Source: a virus. From it: 39,775 nucleotides of DNA. Location: the IMG/VR virus record IMGVR_UViG_3300044545_000032. One strand, 5' to 3'. The position numbers and the translations under genes were made by a program. Positions 22,853-31,815 of the stretch are shown here, one piece after another; position 1 is the first letter of the stretch; every line of letters starts with the position of its first letter. A model generated the notes under the pieces. The model did no database searches. It was not told the origin of the DNA and worked only from the letters and a program-made list of their open reading frames with translations.

Positions 22853-22947
22853 TGTAAAAGATTGGGTAAAATGAATTGCGTATCCTACGGATAAATGTAT
22901 TTCCATAATCTTGCGACAACATATTTCATTTTGATTAATCTTTTGCA
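22853..22947 (+). promoter_or_regulatory. Structured leader: roughly 95-nt long-range hairpin
   Basis: TGTAAAAGATT...TAAAATGAA (22853-22875) pairs with TTCATTTTG...AATCTTTTGCA (22925-22947) as 11 + 9 bp including G-U pairs. An inner TATCC / GGATA hairpin is present. Confidence 0.4.
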
Positions 22948-22973
22948 CTTCATTTAATTTCCTTTCTTTTAAA

Positions 22974-23003
22974 AGCCTCGGAGACACCGGGGCTTTATTT
23001 ATT
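22974..23003 (+). terminator. Intrinsic terminator inside the late leader, upstream of the first late gene
   Basis: Stem AGCCTCGG / CCGGGGCT (one U-G pair), loop AGACA, followed by TTATTTATT. Confidence 0.55.
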
Positions 23004-23029
23004 CAAGTTATTTATGAGGTGGAGAAATT

Positions 23030-23284
23030 ATGAGTGTCTATGATGATATGCACGAATGCGACACGAATCTTCTTAAGAAGCCATACTATTTATGTAACCG
23101 CAAAAAGTGTGGCGACAAATGCATTGACGAGTGTTATTTAACATCCGACTTATTTTATGCTGCGGACGGCATCGACAGAAGCCAATATGAAGCGTATCGG
23201 TTTTTTTCTGATTTGAGCGATGAGCCGCATAGGCCGTCATTCAAATCTAAACTATTAAATCCATATAAAGCAGATGACTTCTAA
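23030..23284 (+). CDS. Cys-rich hypothetical protein (84 aa)
   Basis: RBS GAGGTGGAG. CNRKKCGDKCIDEC cluster. Confidence 0.55.
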   Translation: MSVYDDMHECDTNLLKKPYYLCNRKKCGDKCIDECYLTSDLFYAADGIDRSQYEAYRFFSDLSDEPHRPSFKSKLLNPYKADDF

Positions 23285-23606
23285 AGAAACGCAAACATTT
23301 TATGTGTCCGCTGCGTGGCAACGCAAACGTGAAGAGATACTCAAACACGATCACTATGAGTGCTATCTATGCCGAACGGGTAAAGGGTATGCACATAGGC
23401 CAATGCATTCACGCGCAGAGATTGTGCATCATGTCAAACACTTAAGGGATAGACCGGACCTACGACTATCAGACACTTACATAGACAATAACGGCGTTAG
23501 TCATAGACAACTCATAAGTGTATGCAAGCGCTGCCACGAAGAGGTGTGTCATCCGGAACGTTTGAGGCACCGAAAAAGCAAGCCTGTGACGTGCGAGCGG
23601 TGGTGA
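23274..23606 (+). CDS. HNH endonuclease (packaging-associated)
   Basis: CYLC...HHVKHL...CKRCHEEVCH motifs. Immediately upstream of the terminase genes. Confidence 0.85.
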   Translation: MTSKETQTFYVSAAWQRKREEILKHDHYECYLCRTGKGYAHRPMHSRAEIVHHVKHLRDRPDLRLSDTYIDNNGVSHRQLISVCKRCHEEVCHPERLRHRKSKPVTCERW

Positions 23607-23762
23607 TCGTCGCGCGCGTGATTAAAAAAAATGAAGACCCCCGGCCTGAAAAAAGTAAAAATTAATTTATAGTGGCTTAGTCGGGGCTGTACCCGACATT
23701 TCAAAAATTGATTATGCGCGATTTTAATATCCGCGCCGATATCAATTAAAGGAGGTGACAAT
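23607..23762. other. Candidate cos / packaging-initiation region
   Basis: 156-bp non-coding gap between HNH and TerS. Contains the hairpin GTCGGG-GCTGTA-CCCGAC (23680-23697) and GC-rich blocks. The position is typical for HNH-dependent cos phages. Confidence 0.35.
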
Positions 23763-24089
23763 ATGGCTGAATCGAAGTTGAGAAAAGCGATCAAAAATGA
23801 TTTACGCGATCAAATTTTAGCGCGAAACGGTGGCGTGATGGACGAAGCGACCGAGGATATGATCGAGACCTATATGGATATGTGGGACTGCAAAGAAGGA
23901 TTGACAAAAGATATCGAAAAACGAGGGACTAAAGTTATTGTCACAACGTCGACCGGAACGAAAAACACCAGAACGAACGATAGCGTGCAGGATCTGAATA
24001 AGTTGATTGGACAGATGCTGAAAATGCGCGCGCAAATGCATCTTGACGAACCGGCGCCGAAGGTGGATGACCTGGACGATGAAATGTGA
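23763..24089 (+). CDS. terS: Terminase small subunit (P27 family)
   Basis: RBS AAAGGAGGTGA. Size, sequence pattern and position before TerL. Confidence 0.8.
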   Translation: MAESKLRKAIKNDLRDQILARNGGVMDEATEDMIETYMDMWDCKEGLTKDIEKRGTKVIVTTSTGTKNTRTNDSVQDLNKLIGQMLKMRAQMHLDEPAPKVDDLDDEM

Positions 24090-25728
24090 GTATGTAGATG
24101 ATTTTTTATTGCCGATCTCCCGGGGCGAAAAGGTAGCCAGCACAGAAGTACTGGCGGCTGTTGACTATATTTATAAAACCATTGGCGAAAATGGAATTGA
24201 CCTGCATGTAGAAAAAACAGCAAAGGCCATTTCGTTGATGGAAAAGTATTTTAAATATCAGCTTTTCCTATGGGAAAAATGCGAGATTGCGCTGATGCAT
24301 GCAGAATATCCGGATGGCAGTTTGGTCTTTAACGAATTTTTCACCATGATGGGCCGCGGGAATGGGAAAAACGGGTTTATCAGTCCGGTGGCGTGGTATC
24401 TGACCACGAAATATCACGGCGTTGATGGGTACAACGTTGACATCATTGCAAATAGTGAGGACCAGGCGAAAACGTCGTTTTTTGATGTGTATGGCATGTT
24501 GGAAAGAACGGCAGCAACGTCAAAAAAATGGTTTCGATGGAATCGAACTGAGATTATCAACCGGAACACCGGCAGTTATATCAAGTACAACACCAGCAAT
24601 GCCAACACGAAAGATGGTAAGCGATCCGGGTGTTTGATTGTCGATGAAGAACATGCTTATGAATCATCTGAAGCGTTAGGAACATTTCAATCTGGGTTCG
24701 GGAAAGTGCCGCATAGTCGTACGTTCAAGATCACGACGAACGGATATGTGCGCGATGGCGTGCTGGACAAAGATTTGGAAGTTGCCAGGGACGTACTGAA
24801 AGGCAAGACAAAAGGCTTAAGGCTTTGCCCATTAATTTTCAAGATTGACAGTGAAGAAGAAGCTGACGATCCCGAAATGTGGGAAAAGGCCAATCCGTCA
24901 TTGCCGTACTTGCCAAACTTAAGATTTCAGATCGAGCAAGAAAATATTAAGCGAAAAACCGACGCAAGAACCAACTTGGAATTTATGACCAAGCGCATGA
25001 ATTTTCCAAAAACAGATATGGAGCTGGCCGTTACCGAATGGGAAAATATCGCGGCGACCAATCGCCCGTTACCCAATATGGACGGTTGGTTATGCACGGT
25101 CGGAATCGACTACGCAAGTATGCGAGATTGGGCGGCTGTTGTTTTCCACTTCAAGCGCGGGAAAGAACGATTTGACATTTGCCACTCGTGGTTGTGTGTT
25201 CGCAACCCTGAACTTTTCCGGATCAGGGCACCGTGGCGCGAATGGGCGGCAGCTGGCATGATCACCCCAGTAGACGCGGTGGAAATTGCGCCAGAACTTT
25301 TGACCGACTACATTCGCGAAATGGGGAAAACCTATGCCATTCAGAGTATCGCTCTTGACGGGTTCCGGTATGCCCTCATGAGAACGACCCTTGCGAAAAT
25401 TAGCTTTGACGCCGATACCTACGACAATGTAAAACTGGTTCGTCCATCGGACGTTATGCGGATACAACCAATCATAGATAGCTGCTTTAACAAGCAGCTT
25501 TTTTGTTGGGGAGATAATCCGGTTTTGAGATGGGCAACCAATAACACCATGCTGATACCATCCACGAAAAAGAACGGAGTTGATACTGGCAATTTTATTT
25601 ACGCAAAGATCGAAGCGAAAAGTCGAAAAACAGACCCGTTCATGGCGCTGGTGGCGGCAATGACCATCGAGGATTTGTTGGGAGATAGCGCGAGCATCGA
25701 TCAAATTAAAGTATTCAGTTCATTTTAA
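24079..25728 (+). CDS. terL: Terminase large subunit
   Basis: Walker A-like MMGRGNGKNG, LIVDEEHA, and a C-terminal nuclease domain. ATG at 24079 after AAGGTGGA, preferred over the track start at 24043. Confidence 0.9.
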   Translation: MKCEYVDDFLLPISRGEKVASTEVLAAVDYIYKTIGENGIDLHVEKTAKAISLMEKYFKYQLFLWEKCEIALMHAEYPDGSLVFNEFFTMMGRGNGKNGFISPVAWYLTTKYHGVDGYNVDIIANSEDQAKTSFFDVYGMLERTAATSKKWFRWNRTEIINRNTGSYIKYNTSNANTKDGKRSGCLIVDEEHAYESSEALGTFQSGFGKVPHSRTFKITTNGYVRDGVLDKDLEVARDVLKGKTKGLRLCPLIFKIDSEEEADDPEMWEKANPSLPYLPNLRFQIEQENIKRKTDARTNLEFMTKRMNFPKTDMELAVTEWENIAATNRPLPNMDGWLCTVGIDYASMRDWAAVVFHFKRGKERFDICHSWLCVRNPELFRIRAPWREWAAAGMITPVDAVEIAPELLTDYIREMGKTYAIQSIALDGFRYALMRTTLAKISFDADTYDNVKLVRPSDVMRIQPIIDSCFNKQLFCWGDNPVLRWATNNTMLIPSTKKNGVDTGNFIYAKIEAKSRKTDPFMALVAAMTIEDLLGDSASIDQIKVFSSF

Positions 25729-25746
25729 CTGAAAGGGGGTGACTAT

Positions 25747-27000
25747 TTGGCGAGTTTAACAGATTGGATTAAAACGCACATTTTTAGGCGAACGGTTGAA
25801 AACGGAACGATTGCGGACGTGCCATTTACCGATGATGAATTTGCAAACCTGCTGAGACAAGGCGCAGAGATTCAACGGATCGCGTTCGACCAGTGCGTTT
25901 TGCTGATCGCAAATGCTGTTGGCAAATGTGAGTTCAAAACCTATATGGGCGATGAGGAAATATTTGGCGATGAATATTATTTGTGGAATGTGGCTCCCAA
26001 TGTCAATCAGGGGTCATCCGAATTTATTCACAAATGGATAAAAAAGCTGATGACAACCGGTGAAGCGTTAATCGTCGAATTGAAAGCAACTGACGCGATA
26101 ACCGGCAAACATTATGGTCAACTGCTGGTGGCGGATAGCTATACCGTGGATCAGTACGCGGCGAAAGAGGCGGTTTTTCGGGACGTAACATTTCATGGGC
26201 GCGGAAACGCACAAGATTTGAGATTGAGACGCGAATTTTTACAGCATGAAGTTTTGTACTTCAAAATGCCGGCGGGAAACACGGCTCGATGGGTTGGCGC
26301 GTTTTTGACGAATTATCAAAAATTGTTGGATTATGCGATGAGCGCGTTTGTTAAGAGCCGTGGGAACCGCGGCATCCTATACATGAAAGGGCTGAACGCC
26401 GGCAACGATGAAACGCGAAAGGCTTTGCTTGAAGCCTATTCGCAAAGCTTTAAGGATTTTTATGCCAAAGAATCATCCGCGATGCCATTGGATGACGCAA
26501 TGCGTTATGAAGAACTATCGCAAAAAACATATAATAATGAACAGTCCCGGGATATAAGGGCGCTAATCGACGACGTGCGAGACGTCACCGCGCAGGCGTT
26601 TGGCATCCCGCCGGAAATCCTGAACGGCCGCGTCGAGGGAACGTCGGATGCTATCGACAATTTTTTGACGTTTTGCATCGATCCGCTGTGCATCATGATC
26701 CAGGAAGAGATCACCGCGAAAAGGTATGGCCGCGACCAGTTCGAGAAGGGCAATTGCGTTAAGATCGACACGTCGCGGATTAAGCATATCGACATTATGA
26801 GCACCGGTGACGCGATCGACAAGCTGATCTCGAGCGGCGCGTTCACGATCAATCAGGTGCGCCGGAAGCTGGGCGAGGATCAGATCAACGAACCATTCGC
26901 GGATCAACACTATATCACAAAAAACTATGAGCCGATTGAAATGGCTGGGCAAGAATCACCCGGTGGAAGTCCGGACGGAACAGGAGGCAATAATGAGTAA
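25747..27000 (+). CDS. Portal protein (HK97 family)
   Basis: TTG start after AAAGGGGGTGA. Size and position between TerL and the prohead protease. Confidence 0.85.
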   Translation: MASLTDWIKTHIFRRTVENGTIADVPFTDDEFANLLRQGAEIQRIAFDQCVLLIANAVGKCEFKTYMGDEEIFGDEYYLWNVAPNVNQGSSEFIHKWIKKLMTTGEALIVELKATDAITGKHYGQLLVADSYTVDQYAAKEAVFRDVTFHGRGNAQDLRLRREFLQHEVLYFKMPAGNTARWVGAFLTNYQKLLDYAMSAFVKSRGNRGILYMKGLNAGNDETRKALLEAYSQSFKDFYAKESSAMPLDDAMRYEELSQKTYNNEQSRDIRALIDDVRDVTAQAFGIPPEILNGRVEGTSDAIDNFLTFCIDPLCIMIQEEITAKRYGRDQFEKGNCVKIDTSRIKHIDIMSTGDAIDKLISSGAFTINQVRRKLGEDQINEPFADQHYITKNYEPIEMAGQESPGGSPDGTGGNNE

Positions 27001-27775
27001 AAGAAAAATGTTTTATGCGTTAAATCAAAGTGATGACAATGCAGAATTACATATTTTTGGAGACGTCACAAGCTGGCCATGGCTGGAGAGTGACGTGTCG
27101 GCAACCATGCTGTCAAACAAGCTAAAAGAAGTCACCGCATCGCATATCGACGTGTGGATCAACAGCATGGGCGGTGAAGTGGCTGAGGGTTTGGCCATTT
27201 ATAATGCACTGAGGAATCACAGCGCAAGCGTTACAACGCACTGCGAGGGTTTCGCATGTTCGATCGCATCGGTAATTTTCATGGCCGGCGACGAGCGAGT
27301 CATGGAACACGCATCGCTGCTGATGGTCCACCATCCTTGGACGATGGCCGCTGGCAACGCTGATGACATGCGAAAAACTGCCGACGATTTGGACAGCATC
27401 GAGCAGGCTATCAAAGCGGCATATCGCCGTGGTGTGAATTTAGAAGATGATGAACTGAACCAGCTGCTGGATGGCGAAACGTGGATCGGGCCGGAAGACG
27501 CGACCGCGTGGGGTTTTGCAACAAGCATCAACGAAGATATCGATGAACCAGATGGGATCGCCGCAAGCGCGGCGCGAAAGGTTATCGATCTGATGCGAAA
27601 AGGTGCGGCCTATCGCAAAAGGCCAGAAGCATTAACTAAAGCAGATATTAAAGACGTCGTGAATGCGGCGCTTTTTAATTTTTTGAAGGTTGACGGCGAG
27701 CCGGAAAAACCGCCGGAGCCCAAACTCACCCAGCCAACAGAAAATAAGCTAATTGAATTATTAAGTAAACTTTAG
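26993..27775 (+). CDS. Prohead maturation protease (ClpP/S14 family)
   Basis: INSMGGEVAEGLAIYNAL...GFACSIASVIFMAGD...LLMVHHP matches the ClpP fold motifs. ATG at 26993 after AGGAGG. Confidence 0.85.
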   Translation: MSKRKMFYALNQSDDNAELHIFGDVTSWPWLESDVSATMLSNKLKEVTASHIDVWINSMGGEVAEGLAIYNALRNHSASVTTHCEGFACSIASVIFMAGDERVMEHASLLMVHHPWTMAAGNADDMRKTADDLDSIEQAIKAAYRRGVNLEDDELNQLLDGETWIGPEDATAWGFATSINEDIDEPDGIAASAARKVIDLMRKGAAYRKRPEALTKADIKDVVNAALFNFLKVDGEPEKPPEPKLTQPTENKLIELLSKL

Positions 27776-27791
27776 GAAAAGAGGTATGTTA

Positions 27792-28991
27792 ATGAAATCC
27801 GAAGATCTGAAAAAACAGGCCATCAAAAATCTTGGCGACGCCGTACGAGATGGCGATACTGAAAAATTTGAAAAAGCGTTTGTGGAATACGCAGATGCGA
27901 TTCAAACGGCAGTCATGAACGAAGCCAAAGGCATCATCAACGCAAACGACATGGCGGTGCTGTCGCGCCGCGGTGTGAACGCGCTGACGTCTGAAGAGGT
28001 TGAATATTACAATAGCGTTGCCGAAATGGTCAAAGCGGGGCGTCCAATGAACGCCATCACTGGCGAAGAAGTTGAAAAGGTTATGCCGAAAACGACCATT
28101 GATCGTATTTTCGACGACCTTCAACAGCAGCATCCGCTCTTGGCGGCGATCAATTTTCAAAATGTTTCCGGGCTTGTGGAAATTTACTTGAACAATGATC
28201 CGGGGACGCTGGCCACCTGGGGCGAACTGACGGGAACTATTTCGACCGAAATCACGTCTGGTTTTACGAAACTGGATTTGACACACAACAAACTGTCCGC
28301 TTTCCTGCCGATCGCGCAGTCGATGGTTGACCTCGGACCGTCCTATCTGGATCAGTATATCCGAACCGTTCTGTCCGAAGCCATCGCGCTCGGCCTTGAA
28401 AAAGCCGCTGTTCAGGGTTCCGGTAAAAACGAACCGATCGGCATGATGAAGCAGGTCGCCGAAGGAGTATCGGTGTCCGGCGGTGTGTATCCGGATAAGA
28501 CCGCAATCAAAGTAACCGACTTTGACGCGGCCACTCTGGGCAAGATCGTTGCAAAAATCGCAAAAACCGAAAAAGGCAAATCCCGAACGGTTACTGATCT
28601 GGCACTGATCGTCAATGATGGCGACTACTGGGAAAAAGTCATGCCGGCGACGACCATCATGGCACCGGACGGCACCTACAGAAACAACGTGTTGCCGATC
28701 CCGGCGCAGATTATCCCGTCTTCGCAGGTCCCGGCCGGCAAAGCCGTTCTGGGTATGCCCGCGAAATACTTCTTCGGGCTTGGCACCGGCACCGGTATGG
28801 GCGGAAAACTGGAATACTCCGATCAGTACCAATTCCTCGAAGATAACCGAGTTTATAAGATCAAACTTTACGGCACTGGCCGCGCTTGCGGCGATACCGA
28901 TTTTCAGGTGCTCGACATCTCGAAGTTGAACCCGCTGGCATATAGCGTTAAAAATCTGACGACCAACGCGACCAGTTCGCCTGGTGCCTAA
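27792..28991 (+). CDS. Major capsid protein (HK97 fold)
   Basis: Position after the protease; HK97-MCP-like sequence. The start is 27792 (or 27786). Confidence 0.85.
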   Translation: MKSEDLKKQAIKNLGDAVRDGDTEKFEKAFVEYADAIQTAVMNEAKGIINANDMAVLSRRGVNALTSEEVEYYNSVAEMVKAGRPMNAITGEEVEKVMPKTTIDRIFDDLQQQHPLLAAINFQNVSGLVEIYLNNDPGTLATWGELTGTISTEITSGFTKLDLTHNKLSAFLPIAQSMVDLGPSYLDQYIRTVLSEAIALGLEKAAVQGSGKNEPIGMMKQVAEGVSVSGGVYPDKTAIKVTDFDAATLGKIVAKIAKTEKGKSRTVTDLALIVNDGDYWEKVMPATTIMAPDGTYRNNVLPIPAQIIPSSQVPAGKAVLGMPAKYFFGLGTGTGMGGKLEYSDQYQFLEDNRVYKIKLYGTGRACGDTDFQVLDISKLNPLAYSVKNLTTNATSSPGA

Positions 28992-29011
28992 GCGAAAAGA
29001 GGTGATCCGGC

Positions 29012-29326
29012 ATGAGCGTCGTCGATGACGTGAAAAACTATATGGATATCACGTGGCAAGATGACGCCACGGATAAAAAGGTTGCCGGCATCGTGGCCAG
29101 AGGGCAGGCCTATCTTGACCGCCTAACTGGAGAATCGAATAATTACGAATCCGAGGGCAGCGCACGCGCGCTGCTTTTTGATTACGTACGATATGCCTTT
29201 GCAGAAGTCCTCGAAGATTTTGAAAAGAATTTTTGCGGAGAACTGGCGCAATTAAGGCAAGATGCTGTTTTGGCGCGAAAAATCGCAGCCCAAAAGGCAG
29301 GTGACGTCGATGCTGGACAGGGATAA
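29012..29326 (+). CDS. Head-tail connector protein (gp6-like)
   Basis: VKNYMDITWQDDATDKKVAGIVARGQAYLDRLTG is typical of gp6-like connectors. Confidence 0.7.
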   Translation: MSVVDDVKNYMDITWQDDATDKKVAGIVARGQAYLDRLTGESNNYESEGSARALLFDYVRYAFAEVLEDFEKNFCGELAQLRQDAVLARKIAAQKAGDVDAGQG

Positions 29327-29681
29327 ATCACAAACTTTCAACGATGGCCTTGTAAAAATTTATCGTTTAGACAGCGACGACGGGGACGGCGGCATGCCGA
29401 CACGAATGCCAAAGCTGGTGACGGCTTTGCGGTTTCGCGAACTGGGATTGACCATGCGGCGGCAATATGAAGCTAAAGCGATCAACATAAACATTGACCG
29501 AATTATTCGGGTACCCGGAAAGCCGGGCATCCAGTCGGATTTTTTGGCAGTTGTGACCGATCGTGACGGCACTGAACAATACCGAGTCCGAACGGTCGAG
29601 CGCATCACGCAGACCACACCACCGACGCTGACGCTAAGCTTGGAGAAAGAGGGCGATCACTATGAATTTGAAACGAATTAA
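29310..29681 (+). CDS. Head closure protein (SPP1 gp16-like)
   Basis: FNDGLVKIYRL... then RQYEAKAININIDRIIRV pattern. ATG at 29310. Confidence 0.65.
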   Translation: MLDRDKSQTFNDGLVKIYRLDSDDGDGGMPTRMPKLVTALRFRELGLTMRRQYEAKAININIDRIIRVPGKPGIQSDFLAVVTDRDGTEQYRVRTVERITQTTPPTLTLSLEKEGDHYEFETN

Positions 29682-29997
29682 TCAGGTTAAAAATGCATTA
29701 TTAAATTTCAAATCAGAAACCGGGACGCCCATCTATCACTACTTCAACAGCAATCCCAAAGGGGACTATGTTACGTGGTCGGAGGATATGTACGGTGAAG
29801 TCCTCGGCGGTGATGGCGGTCTGAAAGGTACCAGCATACAAGGCACGATCGATTATTTCACGAAACGTGAAAATAACGATGCCGACATGCTGGAAAATGC
29901 CATCGTCGCGGCGGGCATCCCGATTATCGGCATGATGGTGCTGTACGAAGATGACACCGGGTACATTCACTACACCTGGACATGGGAAGTGGTTTAA
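29662..29997 (+). CDS. Neck / head-tail joining protein (tentative)
   Basis: 111-aa ORF with an RBS, in the neck-module position. Confidence 0.55.
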   Translation: MNLKRINQVKNALLNFKSETGTPIYHYFNSNPKGDYVTWSEDMYGEVLGGDGGLKGTSIQGTIDYFTKRENNDADMLENAIVAAGIPIIGMMVLYEDDTGYIHYTWTWEVV

Positions 29998-30510
29998 ATG
30001 GTTGTGAAATTTGAATCAAAAGATCGGCGAGCGTTCACGTCGGATGACGATTTTATAATTGCACTCAACCGTTTCGAGGCTCACGCAGACGCTATCGCAA
30101 AGCGGGCAATCTATGACGGCGCAAAAGTCATGTACGAAAAGGTGAAAGTCGCGATCGAAGCGATCCCGGAAGAGAAATTCAGATATTTGCGGGATGGGGA
30201 TAGTTATCAGTATGTCACTCCTGACGAAAAGCAAGACCTGATCGAATCACTGGGGATCACCAAGATTGAGGGCAACGTATTTAACGGGTGGAACGCAAAG
30301 ATTGGGTTCGACGGGTACGGGTCACATCAGACAAAAAAATATCCAAACGGCGTTCCAAATCAACTAATCGCCCGATCGTTGGAAAAAGGTACATCTGTTC
30401 GCGGTAAGTATCCCTTTATGCGGCGAACAGTTAACCGATACAGAAAGCAGATCAAGGAAAAAATGAGCGCGTCCGTCAATGAGACGTGCGAAATGTTAGC
30501 GAAAAAATAA
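29998..30510 (+). CDS. HK97 gp10-family neck/tail component
   Basis: N-terminal pattern (FIIALNRFEAHADAIAKRAIYDGAKVMYEKVK) and position. Confidence 0.65.
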   Translation: MVVKFESKDRRAFTSDDDFIIALNRFEAHADAIAKRAIYDGAKVMYEKVKVAIEAIPEEKFRYLRDGDSYQYVTPDEKQDLIESLGITKIEGNVFNGWNAKIGFDGYGSHQTKKYPNGVPNQLIARSLEKGTSVRGKYPFMRRTVNRYRKQIKEKMSASVNETCEMLAKK

Positions 30511-30527
30511 AAGGAGAATTTAACAAT

Positions 30528-31145
30528 ATGGCAAAATTACCTGAATACAAACCGGAAAGCGCATTTGTTAACGTTAAGCGGCCTGTGTATGCCATGCTGA
30601 CCACAGAGAGCGCAACGTCTGAACAAAATGTATACGGCGCCATTAAGGCCGTCTCGCCGATGATGAGCGTTAAAATGAATTCCGACATTAACAGCGATAC
30701 CCTTTATGGTGACGGCGTTTCTCAAGCAATCGCTGAAACGAAGGGGGCAACCACTTTAGAGATTGGTGTCAATACTGTTTCGCAAGAGTTCCTTGCGGAT
30801 ACGCAGGGGCATGAGCTGAAAAATGGCGTTTTAATCGAAAAGGATGACGACGTCTCCAAGTACATTGCCATCGGCTTTGCGATTGAAAAGGAAAATGGAA
30901 AACACCGCGCCTATTGGCTGCTTAAAGGCAAAGTCGAAGAAACTGATGTTGACGCTTCGCAAAAAGAAGAAAAAATTAGTTTTTCCACGCCAACGCTCAA
31001 AGGTTCTTTTGTAGCTCGGAAAGATAAAATTAGAATCGTGAGTTTTGATGAGGAAACAGACGCTGGAACTGCGCCGTGGACTAACTACGAAGAATTTTTG
31101 GCTGAGGTTCCTTTGAAGCCTAAGACTGAAAAAGCGGGCGGCTGA
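30528..31145 (+). CDS. Major tail protein
   Basis: ATG at 30528 after AAAGGAGA. Immediately upstream of the chaperone pair and the TMP. Confidence 0.75.
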   Translation: MAKLPEYKPESAFVNVKRPVYAMLTTESATSEQNVYGAIKAVSPMMSVKMNSDINSDTLYGDGVSQAIAETKGATTLEIGVNTVSQEFLADTQGHELKNGVLIEKDDDVSKYIAIGFAIEKENGKHRAYWLLKGKVEETDVDASQKEEKISFSTPTLKGSFVARKDKIRIVSFDEETDAGTAPWTNYEEFLAEVPLKPKTEKAGG

Positions 31146-31179
31146 TATTTTAAGTTTGGCAATGAGGAGTTGAGGAAAA

Positions 31180-31551
31180 ATGAAAAAAGTAAAAAAAATG
31201 TGCGCGGTTCTGCATCGTGGCGAACCGGATGAAAAACGTGTTTATATTGGGAAGCAGACGGGCCGAGTGGTCTTCGAAGCCAGCCAGCTGCAAAAGGATA
31301 TCATGAACATGGAAACCCGCGAGCAGTACGACGAAGTGGTCAACACCGTTTGCGGGTGGTATGACGGGCTAACCTATGACGACGTTATGGACAAGATGGA
31401 CAGTCGGGACGTGATCCCTTTCTTGTATGATTCCTGCACTTTCCTTGTCGAAAGTATGATTGGGATTTACAGCGATCTGCTGGATATTGCGGACGAAGAA
31501 GATAACACAGAAAAAAACGCAGGACCCGCCGCCGAAAAAGCGGCGGGATAA
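31180..31551 (+). CDS. Tail assembly chaperone (G-like)
   Basis: Position between the major tail protein and the TMP. Acidic C-terminus. Confidence 0.75.
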   Translation: MKKVKKMCAVLHRGEPDEKRVYIGKQTGRVVFEASQLQKDIMNMETREQYDEVVNTVCGWYDGLTYDDVMDKMDSRDVIPFLYDSCTFLVESMIGIYSDLLDIADEEDNTEKNAGPAAEKAAG

Positions 31552-31796
31552 AAAACAGCGCGCCGGGGCCGTCCGTTGAGGATCGTTCCGGCGTTTCTTT
31601 TGGTGACTGGGTGCTTAGCCTTTTCGACGAACTGATGAAGCAAGGCTATAAATTGCATGAGATTAACGACATGGACTTAATGCAGTATGCTGAAATTATG
31701 CGGTTTGAAGCTAAAGAGCGGAAAAAGCAAGTTATCGAGGAGCAAAAGAAAATCGAACAAGAAAACAGAAATCGCCTCATCGCGTACTTGGGGTAA
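31180..31796 (+). CDS. Tail assembly chaperone GT-like fusion, made by -1 frameshift at A_AAA_AAC (31512-31518)
   Basis: The -1 frame is open from 31506 to 31796. The slippery heptamer lies in the zero frame as gaA AAA AAC. Conserved gene logic in siphophages. Confidence 0.6.
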
Positions 31797-31815
31797 TTTT
31801 TTTATGAGGTAAAAC

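Noticed and set aside
25090-25704. 204-aa antisense ORF inside terL, and similar antisense ORFs in the endolysin (3977..4570), the TMP (33054..33536 and others) and the portal
   Set aside because: Same reasoning: they are embedded in recognisable genes on the other strand, with no translation signals and an implausible composition.
27789-28832. 347-aa antisense ORF opposite the major capsid gene
   Set aside because: It lies wholly inside a strongly supported HK97-type capsid gene. It is Arg/Gly/His-rich low-complexity sequence typical of antisense frames in GC-rich coding DNA. No RBS.
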